From assembly GCA_013239625.1 (NCBI GenBank), contig MU053559.1:3288607-3352606 (forward strand): a stretch of 64,000 nt of DNA. Direction: 5' to 3'. This document shows positions 1 through 11,225 of the stretch, piece by piece. The position numbers were made by a program, and so were the translations under genes. Position 1 is the first letter of the stretch; every line of letters begins with the position of its first letter. The stretch comes from Lama guanicoe (taxonomy: Eukaryota). The notes below the pieces were generated by a model. It was given only the letters and a program-made list of their open reading frames with translations. It ran no database searches and was not told the origin of the DNA.

Positions 1-1499
1 TCCTTGGAAGGGCTGGAGAAACAAGCTTGAGGCTAAATTCTAGGAGCAGTGCCCAGAACTGGGCTGTAGAACTTGTTTGATGAGAAAATGGCCTCTGTTA
101 AACTACTGCATCGCCCACACTCGCTGCATGTGCACTGCTGCCAAGAACGTGATTTTTTTCCACCACCACCGCTACCACCCTTTTGGCAACCTTGTATCCT
201 GTGCTACCCCTGAAAGCTGGCCCCGTCTGACACCAAATGTGGCCTACACCTAGCTGGTTTTTTCTTGTCAATCCCTTCCAAGTCAAAGTCTCATGTAAGC
301 TTCCCTGACTGGCAGAGCCTGGGTCTTCTGCATGTTTCTGACTGCAAAGAAGGCTGGGAAATTGAGCTCTGACTTCCATGTTGGGGTGAGGGAGAATATA
401 ATGTGGTAACTTCCTCAGATAGAGATGGCTGAGTTAAAAGGTACCATTTCACTTGCCGTGACAACAAATGGAAGCCAAGATGAGCCAAACAGGGGGCATA
501 AAATGTCAACATCAGGGACTAAACTCCTTGTTTGTAACCAAACCAAGCAAAACCACTTGCCTAGTTTTAGTACTTTACAAATACTGTTCTGATCCACCCA
601 AGCAGCTAAACAAAATACAAAGTCCTCCTCTGTATGCCACTACTTTTGCAATCGCTAAACTTTCTGAGTTTAAATTGCCTTAAATGAGGCATTGGATGAG
701 CTTCAAGTTCATGGATTGATAGCTGGCAATTGGAGTTTGTTTGGCTTTTGTTTAGTGTTTTTAAAATTAGGAGTTTAAACGTACAAATCTTTCTGATTCC
801 TCTTGAAAAATAGAAACTGGGCCTACATTTCCCCAAGTCAACAATCAGTTGGGGGTGAGTGGCAGCTGCTCTCTTCACACTGTGCCTGTTCTCTGTATTT
901 TTCCCCCAGTCTCTACAATTCCTTATTGTCTATACCTTTTCCTGTTTATCTTACCTGCATACCCAACTAGGAACTTTACCAGGTAACCCTTGGATTAGAT
1001 CATTATAAGGTCCCTTCCAGCCATAAAATCCCATTATTTGGTGTAGTGGAAATAGGCATTTAGAAATCACTGTGTAATAGCCCAAAATAGAACTGAAGGC
1101 TCATTTTTAAGTTAGAACCCAAATGTGATTGTGTATCTAAAAATTCAAAAGACTCATTTTAAAAATGGTTAGAATTATTAAGAATATTCTGGAAAGTAGC
1201 TAAATATAAGAAAACTACATAAAAACCAATAGTTTTACTTTATACTAGTAATAAAAGTTAGGAAATGTTATGCAGTGGGGGATACTATTCACTATAGCAA
1301 CAAAAACTATGAAATACCCGGGAATAACTTGGACAAGAAGTGTGTGAGACTAAAACGAATATAAGTTCATGACTTTATTATATCTCTGAATGGGAAGACA
1401 CTATTTAAAAAGTTCTAATCTGCCCAAATTAATCTAGATTTGAAGCAGATTATAATCAGAATTACAATGTGGGTTTTTGTTGTTGCTGTTGTTAGATTT

Positions 1500-1803
1500 T
1501 TTTAAATTTAATTTTATTTTTTGAGGTATAGTCAGTTTAGAATGTGTCAGTTTCTGGTGTACAGCACAGTGCTTCAATTGTACATGAATATACATATATT
1601 CATTTTCATATTCTTTTTCACCATAAGCTACTACAAGATATTGAATGTATTTCCCTGTGCTATATATAATATAAACTTGTTTATCTGTTTTCTATATAGT
1701 AGTTAGTATCTGCAAATCTCAAATTTCCAGTTTATCCCTTCCCACCCCCCTACCCCCGGCAGCCACAAGTCTGTATTCTATGTCTGTGAGTCTGTTTCTG
1801 CTC
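1500..1803 (-). mobile_element. 5'-truncated lineage-specific L1 3' end
   Basis: T-rich tail followed by L1 3'UTR. Perfect 11-bp TSD ttgttagattt at 1489-1499 and 1804-1814. Confidence 0.85.
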
Positions 1804-2274
1804 TTGTTAGATTTGGTTTTGTTTTGGAGGATTAGGGGAGAGAAATTGGCTCATTGATTGTGAGGTCCCTCAGGAAAAATCCGGGATTGAAAAAAGAGTT
1901 GAAAAGGAAGTATATTAAAGTCTAGATTCTAGAATTTATTTAATTTATAGATATTTGAAAGCACTGTAATGTACTGATAGAGGAATAAACTAAAAAATCA
2001 GTGAAACAATATAGAGCCCATAAAAAGACTCATTTTTATGAACTTTATTGTAAGGTATGGAGAAATTTTCAAATCAGTGGGCAAAGAATGGATTAATAAT
2101 AAAGGTTTTAGTGACAACTGATTGGGAAACATTTAATACATTTTTATTTTGTGGTACGTAGGGCACAGTTTCCAGAAACCATAAAGGAAAAGTGGACTGT
2201 ATTAACTACAGGAAATTTCCTATTTCTCTGTAGCAAAAAATATGATAAAAAAAAAACTTAAAAGACAAGGGGCA

Positions 2275-2615
2275 TTCTATGTCTGTGAGTCTATTTCTGT
2301 TTTGTATTGTATTTAAACAACAAAAACAAAGCATAAATACAAAACAGAAATAGACTCATAGAATACAAACTTGTGGTTGCCAAGGGGGCAGAGGGTGGGA
2401 AGGGATAGATGACATTTCAAAATTGTAGAATAGATAAACAAGATTATACTGTACAGCACAGGGAAAGATACACAAGATCTTATGGTAGCTCACAGAGAAA
2501 AAAATGTCTCAATGAATATATGTATGTTCATGTATGACTGAAAAATTGTGCTCTACACTGGAATTTGACACAACATTGTAAAATGATTATAAGTCAACAA
2601 CAACAAAAAAAAAAA
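2275..2615 (+). mobile_element. Young L1 3' end with short 5' inverted segment
   Basis: L1 3'UTR ending in an A-tail. TSD-like acaaggggca (2265-2274) and acaagggca (2616-2624). 2275-2308 is inverted L1 sequence. Confidence 0.85.
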
Positions 2616-3243
2616 ACAAGGGCAGACTGAGAGATAATATTTACAACCACTATAAGAACCAGGGGATTTACATTAAGGATTTATGAAAAACTCCTTTAAA
2701 ATCAACGGACAGGAATGGGTTATAGACAGGAACAAACAGTTCTCAAAGACATATAAATAGCCTTTAAACCTATGAAAAGAAGTCCAATAATTGTGCAAGC
2801 TGAAACAACAATGAAATATAATTTCCACATATTATATTGATGACATTTAAAAAGAATAATATAACTGACTCCAGATGAGCACGTGTGATAACAGATACTT
2901 TCACTTTCTATTGATAGGAATTTAAATTGGTTCAGCATTTTGAAGGGCAGTTGGCAGTATCTCTCTAATGCTTAGACCCTTTTACCTAGGCATTGCACTT
3001 TTAGAAACTTATTATTCAGGAAAAACTTGACAAGTGGATTGTAATAGATTGTGTGTATGTGTGTGCATACATACAGTATTTATTGCAGCAAACTTTGTAA
3101 TAGCAAAAATTGGAGGGGAAAATCAAATACCCAACAATAGGGAAATAGTTGGATAAATCCTGTTGTGTTGGTTTGAGGCAGTACTATTTAGCCATTAGAA
3201 AGAATGAGATAGACCAAATATGCATACCTGGGGAAATGGTCAA

Positions 3244-3606
3244 TGTATTAGTCAGGATTGGTCAAGTAATGCTGCATTAACAACTAACCCCCAAATCTCA
3301 GAGAATTAAATCAACGAAAGTTTATTTCTTGCTTACTCTGTGTATCCATTGTTGTTGTGTCAGGGGGGAGCTTTGTTCATAGTAGCCACTAAGGGACTGA
3401 AGCTGACAGAATAGCCACTACCTTGAATATACCAAAAAGAGAAGAGAATTTTGAAGGGTTAAGCCCAATAAATTTTCCACTGGGAGGAAATACGTGTCAT
3501 TTACACTCTCAATTCAATGTCCAGTACTAATTACATGGCCCCACCCATATATTCAGAAGAGAGGGGGAAACCAGATGTTTGGTAAACAGCACTAATGGCT
3601 ACCATA
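3244..3606 (-). mobile_element. MaLR solo LTR (MLT1J-like)
   Basis: tgtattagtcagg...aacccccaaatctcag...aagtttatttcttgct...taaacagcactaatggctacca. Confidence 0.7.
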
Positions 3607-4185
3607 TATATGTCATGCTGTTTTGTAGATAAAACAAAATTCAAAAGTCTGTATAATATGGTCCTATTTATGCCAGAAATCTAAAGGTTATATGGGCATG
3701 TATATTTATATAAATATTTCAAAGATTGTGTATCCTTTGAAGAAATCCTAGCAGGCTACACACCAAGCTGCCTCATTCTTTGATATTTTTTTAAACAATG
3801 AGCAATTGTAAAAAAAAAAAATTAAAAAGATAAAAACAAATAAAGCTCAAGCAAATAAAACCAAAAAGCTTGGACAAAGAGCACTGAACATTTTTTATTT
3901 CTTGCTTCAGTTTCCAGAAAGAACTAATGGCAAATGCTGGCAGAATGTTCTGAGCAAAAGTCAAGAGTCTCAGAATCATAGAGCAGGGTATGAGTTTGAT
4001 GCTCTACTCTGGTTATTGATTAGAGTTATTGATGTGCTTACTTAAAATTCTTATATTATGGGCCAGAATATTTTATATTTATGTTACAAAATTCCAGAGC
4101 TTTGAAATTAACTTTGGGATGGAATAGTAGTTTTTGTACTTTTCTTATCAAAATTAGCAACAAAGTCTTCCCCACTTATTTTCCC

Positions 4186-5590
4186 CTCAACATTTTAGGA
4201 AAATTCTGAAACATTCGGAAAATTTGAAAGGACTGAACAGTGAACACTCACATACCCACCACTTAGACTGTATCATTAATATTTTACTATATTTGCTTTA
4301 TCATGCATCTCTCCATTCATTCACCCTTCTATCCATCTCCAGTAATCCATCTTAACTTTGCTACATTTCAGAGAAAATCACAGAAATCAGTTACTTCTCT
4401 CTAAATATTTCAACGTGCTTATCATTTATTTACATTTTTTTCCTTTTGATGTGAAATTTATATTCAATAAAATGCACAAACTTTAGGTGTACATTTGATG
4501 TATTTTGACAAACACATACACCTCTGTAGCCCAAATCCATATTAAGACATAACAACATTAACATCCCCCAGAAAGTTCCCTCACACCCCATCCTATTCAG
4601 TCCTTGCCCACATCCCCCATTCAAGAGGCAACCACTTTTTAGATTTTTTTCATTGTAGATAGTTGTTTCCTGTTCTAGAATTTCACTTAAATGGAATTAT
4701 GCAGATGTATTCTTCTGTAGATTCTCTTAAGTATGATTTTGAGATTTATTGTTGAATGTATCAGTAACTCACTCCTTTATATTGCTGAGTAGTATTCCGT
4801 TGTGTGAGTCTACTACAGTTTGTTTATTCTTTCCCCTGCTGATGTATACTTGGGTTATTTCTAATTTCTGAACATTCTTGTACAAATATTTTTGTGACCA
4901 TAATGTTTCTCTCTTGGTTACATAACTATAAATGGAATTGCTAGGACATAGATATATGTTTAGTTTTTTAAGAAGCTGCCAGAGCCTTTACCAAAGTGGT
5001 TATACCAGTTTACATTCAATGTATAAGTTGCTTCACAACCTTACCAACATTTGACATTATTAGGCTCTTTTAATTTAAGCTATCTGATAGACATGTAGTA
5101 GTGTTTCACTGTAGTTTAATTTGTATTATTCTGATGACCCATGATGTTGAGCACTTTTTTCATGTGCTTATTGGCTATTTGTATATTTTTTTGTGGTATC
5201 TTTTCAGATCTTTTGCCAGCTTTTATTGGTTCTTTGTTGTATTATTACTGAGTTGTAGGAGCTCTTCATATTTCCTGGATACTAATCATTTGTCAGATAC
5301 ACATTGTGCAAATGTGTTTCTCCCAGTCTGTGGCTTTCCTATTCACTTTCTCAGTGGTGTCCTTTGATGAGTACTGTATGTATTTTAAATTTTGATGAAG
5401 TCCAAATTCAGTCTTTTAAGGTTATTGCTTTCTGTAATCTGTTTAAGATGTCTTTGGCTACCTCAGAGGCACCAGGATATTTTCTTATGTTTTTCTCTAA
5501 TAGCTTTATGATTTTAGCATTTACTTTTTAAGTCTATGATTCATCACAAATTAAATTTTGTATATGCTGTGGGATAAGCATGAAGGTTTA
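4186..5590 (-). mobile_element. Old L1 (L1MB/L1MC-like) 3' ends and ORF2 C-terminal remnant
   Basis: Antisense L1 motifs including ttgctgagtagtattcc and gtttcactgtagtttaatttg...gatgttgagcactttttcatgtgcttattggc. Confidence 0.75.
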
Positions 5591-5904
5591 TTTTACTTAA
5601 ATTCTTATAATGCTTATTTTCTATTATAGGCCGGAATATTTTATATTAAACTTAAAAAATACAGAGCTTTAAAATATAATTTTGAAATGGAAAAGTTTAA
5701 GAATTTTTCAAATTCTTATTAAATTAGTGACAATGCCTTACCCATTCATTTTCTTCTTATTCTTTGACATAGTTTTGACTATTAAAATTGTAGATTCTCC
5801 TTTGCAAAAGAAACTGAAATGCTTATCTTTTATACTTTCAACAATTTCCTTATGCAGTACATTCCCACTTCTTGAGAACTGAAGCATCCTCACTACATTA
5901 ATAT

Positions 5905-6126
5905 CCCAAAGATAAAGAAAAACTCTTGAAAGAAGTCAGAGGGGGGGAAAAACACCTTACCTGTAGAGGAGCAAAGATAAGAATTACATTCTACTTCTCC
6001 TCAGAAACCACGCAAGCAAGAAGAGAGTGATGTGAAATATTTAAAGTGTCGGAAAAAAAAAAGCCCACCAAATTACAATTCTATATCCTGTGAAACTATA
6101 CTTTAGAGGTGAAGGAGAAATAAAGT
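5905..6126 (+). mobile_element. L1 ORF1 C-terminal fragment
   Basis: Translates DKEKLLKEVRGGKKHLTCRGAKIRITFYFSSETTQARRE*, which is ORF1p-like. Confidence 0.75.
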
Positions 6127-7040
6127 CCCTTAGCATGTTAATCATAGTCGTTTTAAATTCACAGCTTGATGATGACAACATCCCTGCCATATCTGAGTCT
6201 GGTTCTGATGCTTGCTCTGTCTCTTCAAAATGCATTTTTTGCCTTGTAAATTTTTCTTGAAAGCCGGACATGATGTACTGATTAAAATAAACTGGTAAAT
6301 AAGCTTTTGGTGATGTCGTGGTAAGGTGCAGGGGGAAGGGACGGGTTCTTTATCGCTGTGATTAGGGCTCAGTCTTTTTAATATGCCTGTGTCCCTCAGC
6401 TTTGAACTTCTTAAGTACCTTTCAGTTTCCTCCCCACCCCTCTAGGTGGGACAGAATGGTTGGAGGGGGCTAGATTTGGATATTTCCTTTCCCGCATATG
6501 GAAGGCTAGAGGCGGCTGAAGTTGAGTATTTCCCTTCTCCCAGGTCGGTTAGGCTCTGATAACGCTTAGAAGGTTAGGCTCTGACAAAATGGTTTCCCTT
6601 GAAAGCAAGCTTTATTAAGAAGAATAGAATGCTCTTGTATATTTCAAAATGGTTACTTTCCCCCTCTGCCAGAAACCACAGGGGATTCTTCTTCTGTATT
6701 CTCTGTGAGAACCTGGTTTAGCTTCTGGAGATAAAACTCAACTACAGTATGGGACTCCCTTGAAGACTGGCTTCCCATGGAGCTTTTAATCTCTTAGATT
6801 TGTCCACACAGAGCCTCCAGAAATTCATCAATTACAATTCAGATTTTCCTACCCTGCTACTGGTTCCCACAGAGGTTACTGCTTGTGGGTTTCTGCTCTG
6901 ATAAGTCATGATTCTCTGTATCTGCCTGTCTATCTCTCTTTCCAATTTGAGGGACAGTGGTTTGCCCAGTGACCTCCCTTCTTTGATGGATCTAAGGAGA
7001 AATGTTGACTTTTCAGTTTGTTCAGCTTTTTACTTCCCAA
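6127..7040 (-). mobile_element. Old L1 (L1MC/MD-like) 5' region and ORF1 N-terminal remnant
   Basis: The minus-strand ORF 6041-6271 contains EFKTTMINMLRD (ORF1p N-terminal-like). 5'UTR-like sequence lies to the right. Confidence 0.65.
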
Positions 7041-8351
7041 ATTGTTTTTAAAGTGATTGTATCATTTTCATTTTTATCAAGAGTCTTTGAGAGTTCCGGT
7101 TCCTCTATGTGCTTACCATACTTGGTATGGTCTGGTCTGTTTAATTTTAGCCATTCTAATAGATGTGTAGTAGTATTTCATTGTAGTTTTTGTTTGAATT
7201 TTCCTAATGATTAATGATGTTAAATATGTTTTCATGAGCTTCTTTGCCATCCATAAATCTTCGGTGAAGCCAGAGGGGATTCAGGTCTTTTTCCCAAACA
7301 TTTTTTGAGTTTTTTGTGTTCTCGTTCCTGTTTTAAGAGTTCTTTATTTATTCTGGATACAAGTCCTTTATCAGATATATGATTGCCAAATATCTTACAT
7401 TTGTATATGGCTTATTTTATTTCCTTTAAAAAGTGTCTTTTGAAGAGCAAAGGTTTTAAATTTTGATTAAGTCTAATTTATCAGTTTTTGCTTTTATGGA
7501 TCATGCTTTTGGTATTACAGCTAAGAAATCTTTGACTAATCCAAGGTCACAGAAGAAAACTTCTGTGTTTTCTTCTAGAGGCGTTACAGTTTTAGGTGTT
7601 ACAATCAGGTCTACGATCCACTTTGAGTTAATTTTTTGTTTGTAGTGTGAAGTAAGAATTGAAGTATTATTTGTTTATATTGTAGATATGCATTTTTTAG
7701 CACCATTTGTTGAAAAACAATCTATCATTTCTGCACTGACGTGAATTTGAACTGTTGTTGAAAATCAGTGTCCATATGTGATGGGCCTTTTTCTATTCTG
7801 TTCCATTGATCTATTTGCCTATCTTGTCACTGATACCACACTTTCTTGATCACTGTGTCTTTTTAATAAGTGTTGAAATCAGATAGTGTTAGTCCTCCAA
7901 CTTTGTTTTTCTCTTTCAAAGTTATTTTGGCTATACTAGGTCATTGTATTTCCTTTGGAACTTTGGAATCAGCCTGTCAGTTTCTACAACAAACCCTGTT
8001 GGAATTTTGATTGCAATTGCATTCAATCTGTAGATAAATTTGTGAACAGTATTGAGTCTTCTGACTCATGAACATGGTATATCTCTCCATTCGTTTGGGA
8101 TTTAATTTGTCTCAGAAATAACGTATAGTTTTTAGGGTACAGGTCTTACACATCTCTTGTCAGATTTATCCCTGAACATTTCATATTTTTGATGCTTTTA
8201 TAAATTATATTATCATTAATTTAAATTTCCAATTGTATATTGCTAGTATATAGAAATAGGATTGATATTTATATATTGATCTTATAACCTGATACATTGC
8301 TAAACTCACCTATTTGTCCTACTAGCTTTCTTTTTCATTCCATCAGGTTTT

Positions 8352-8622
8352 TTTTTTTTTTCTGGTTCTGATCTTTATTTATTTATTTATTTATTGGAGT
8401 ATATTCAGTTTACAATGTTGTGTTAGTTTCTGGTGTACAGCATAGTGATTCAGTTATATATATATAATATATATACACACATATATATATCCCTGTTCAT
8501 ATTCTTTTTAATTATAGGCTTTTACAAGGTATTGAATATAGTTCCCTGTGCTATACAGTAGGACCTTTTTGTTTATCTGTTTTATATATAGTCATTAGTA
8601 TCTGCAGATCCCGAACTCCCAA
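8352..8622 (-). mobile_element. 5'-truncated L1 3' end
   Basis: Poly-T/(TTTA)n tail and L1 3'UTR with a (TA)n tract. Imperfect TSD attccatcaggttttt / attccgcaggttttt. Confidence 0.8.
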
Positions 8623-9102
8623 ATTCCGCAGGTTTTTCACATTGAAAGTCACGTCATCTGTGAATAAAGACAGTTTTACTTCTTTATTTCCAAACTAGGT
8701 TCCTTTGATTTATTTTTCTTGCTTTATTGCACTCACTAGAAGTAGCAGTACAATGTTGAATAGAAGAGGCAAAAGAGAACATCATTTTCTTGTTCCTAAA
8801 ATTAAGGGGAAGGCATTTGATCTTTTAACGTTATGTAATGTTAGTTAAGAGTTTTTGGTAAATCTCTTTTATCAGGTTGAGGAAGTTCCTTGTTATTCCT
8901 GTGTTGTTGAGTGTTAGATTTTGTCAAGTCCTTTTTCTACATCTATTGAAATGATTAGATTAGTTTTCTGTTTTAGTTTGTTAATATGGTGACTTACATT
9001 GATTGATTTTCAAATGTTAAAGCTTACATTTCTGGGATAAACTTCACTTGGTCATGATGTTGTTTTCCTTTTTATAATTGTTGTACTTGATCTGTGAAAT
9101 TT

Positions 9103-9160
9103 TTCTTTTTAATTTTATTGAGTTATAGTCTGTTTGCAATGTTGTGTCAGTTTCTGGTGT
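9103..9160 (-). mobile_element. Extremely truncated (~60 nt) L1 3' end
   Basis: ttttattgagttatagtc...gttgtgtcagtttctggtg matches the other L1 tails in the window. TSD-like tgtgaaatttt / tgtggaaatttt. Confidence 0.7.
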
Positions 9161-10227
9161 GTGGAAATTTTGTTTGGAGTTTTTGCCTCTATTTTCATGA
9201 AGCCTCATAGAATGAGTTGTCTTCCTATAATGGTGACCAGATCACTTTACCTGTTGGGGTTTCATTTCCTTATTTGTAAAAGGAAGAGGCTGGATTGGTA
9301 ATCTGTTTTCCATTATAATGGAAAATGGTCTTTTCCATTATTCATATTTATTTTCCCATGATTTACATTTATTTTTATTTAATTTTTAAAAATTATTTTG
9401 CATATATTTCATATATAAAAGTACAATAGCATAAGCATATTATTATTAAGTGATAAATATATAGAAAGAGAGAAAGGGTGACTGTTCAAAAATATTTTAA
9501 TAAAGTGGTGCTGCTTGATCAAACAATTTTGGAAATACTGCTGTATATAATTCTCTTGACAGGACTAAGCTTTCTTATACACCTCAGTCTTTCCCACTTG
9601 GGACACTTTGCTATTAGTCTTTGAGGTTGTGTTGGACAATTATATAAAATTCACTTCATCCTTAAAATAATCCTACAAGGCACTCATTTGTCAGCTCAAG
9701 GTCACAGAGGTAGTTAAGGGCAGAGCTGGAATTCAGAGCTAAGTCTGTTTGATTCCAAAACTGATATTCTTTCTTTCAAAACTTAAACGGTAATTTAAAA
9801 AATTTTTAATATGCCAGAATGTGCTGAAAGACACTATATACCCACTATTCAGAATGAATGAAAGTTAACATTTTCTACATTTTTCTATCTCTCTTTTAAA
9901 AATTAAGTAAGAAGTGGATATATAGCTAATGCCTGCTTCCCTAACATCTCTTTTTCTTACCAGTATCAAGATGTATGTGTAATCCCCACGCTTAATTTTT
10001 TCCACATACATATGTATCCATAAACAATTTATAATATTGTTTGTGCTTTTAAAAATGTACATAATGGGAAACACCGTATATATCCTTTTGTGACTTGCTG
10101 TTTTCAATCAGCATATGATTCTGAGTTATTTCCCATGTCAGTACATGTAGCTTTAGTTCATTTATTCTCATTGTTTTGTAGTATTTCATTTTATGAATAA
10201 ACTGCAGCTTGCCAATTTCTTATTTAT

Positions 10228-10483
10228 TATATTAGTTTTCTGTAACAAGTTACCACAAACTAAGTGGCTTAAAACAACAGAAATTTATTCTCTCACAGTT
10301 CCTGAGGCCAGAAGTCCCAAATCAATATCACTGGGCCGAAGTCAAGTTGCTGGCATGGTCATGCCCCTCTGGAGGTTCTTTGGGAGAATCTGATTGTTGC
10401 TTTTTCAGTTTCTGTGACTGCAGGCATTCCTTAGCTTGTGGTATTACTTTAGTCTCTGCTTTTTCCTTCACATCACTTCCTCA

Positions 10484-10532
<49 letters not shown>

Positions 10533-10720
10533 CGCTCCCACTCTCTGTTAAGGATACATGTGATGGCATTTAGAGCCCACCTGGATAATCCAGGATAATC
10601 CAGGGTAATCTATTTCAAGATTTTAAATTAATCACATTGGCAAAGATCCTTTTTCCAAATAAAGTCACCATCACAGTTTCCAGAAATTGGGACATGATAT
10701 CTTTGGGGATCATTCTTCAC
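10228..10720 (-). mobile_element. MaLR solo LTR (MLT1-type) containing (GT)22
   Basis: accacaaactaagtggcttaaaacaacagaaatttattctctcacagttc...gaggccagaagtcc; ggataatccaggataatc. Confidence 0.8.
10486..10529. repeat. (GT)22 microsatellite
   Basis: Directly visible. Confidence 0.98.
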
Positions 10721-11225
10721 TCTCTTATACTTATGAACAGCTATTTTGCTATTACAGACAGCTGCAAGGAAGCATCCTTATACGTGTCTCTGTGGATATG
10801 TGCTAGTTTCTCCAGAATAGGAGCCTAAAATTGCTGGGCTCTAGGCTGTATGGTGAAGTTGAGTATCTTCAACTTCACTAGGGATTGTTACATTTTTCTT
10901 CAAAGTGGAAGCACCAATTTATATTTTCATTTGTTGCGTATTGCTCATTTTATTGCTGGGATTTAAGTGTTACTGCTTTGTTCTTGATGCATTTTGCATG
11001 TGAGTCCTCTGTTGCTTATGTACATTGCAGATATATTCTGTGTCTGGGCTTCTCTTTGCACTGTGTGGCTGGTGTCTTTTGTCATATGGAGGTTTAAATT
11101 TTTAATTATAAATGACTTTATGTACTTTTTTTCCTTTATGGTTTGTGAATTTTGCATTCTCTTTAACAAATTATGAATACCGTATGAATTTCCAGTTGTT
11201 CCAGCACCATGCATTGGGTTTACCT

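Larger units (their letters stand above)
1100..3243 (+). mobile_element. Old, degraded LINE-1 (L1M-type) ORF2/3' remnants interrupted by two younger L1 3' ends
   Basis: Decayed ORF2-like motifs such as aaatacccgggaataac, tcagtgggcaaagaatggatta and aaatacccaacaatagggaaatagttggataaa. Confidence 0.6.
7045..9200 (-). mobile_element. Old L1 ORF2 remnant hosting younger L1 3' inserts
   Basis: Continuous antisense ORF2 motifs, e.g. ttttagccattctaatag, tagcaccatttgttgaa and atcaggttgaggaagttcct. Confidence 0.8.
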
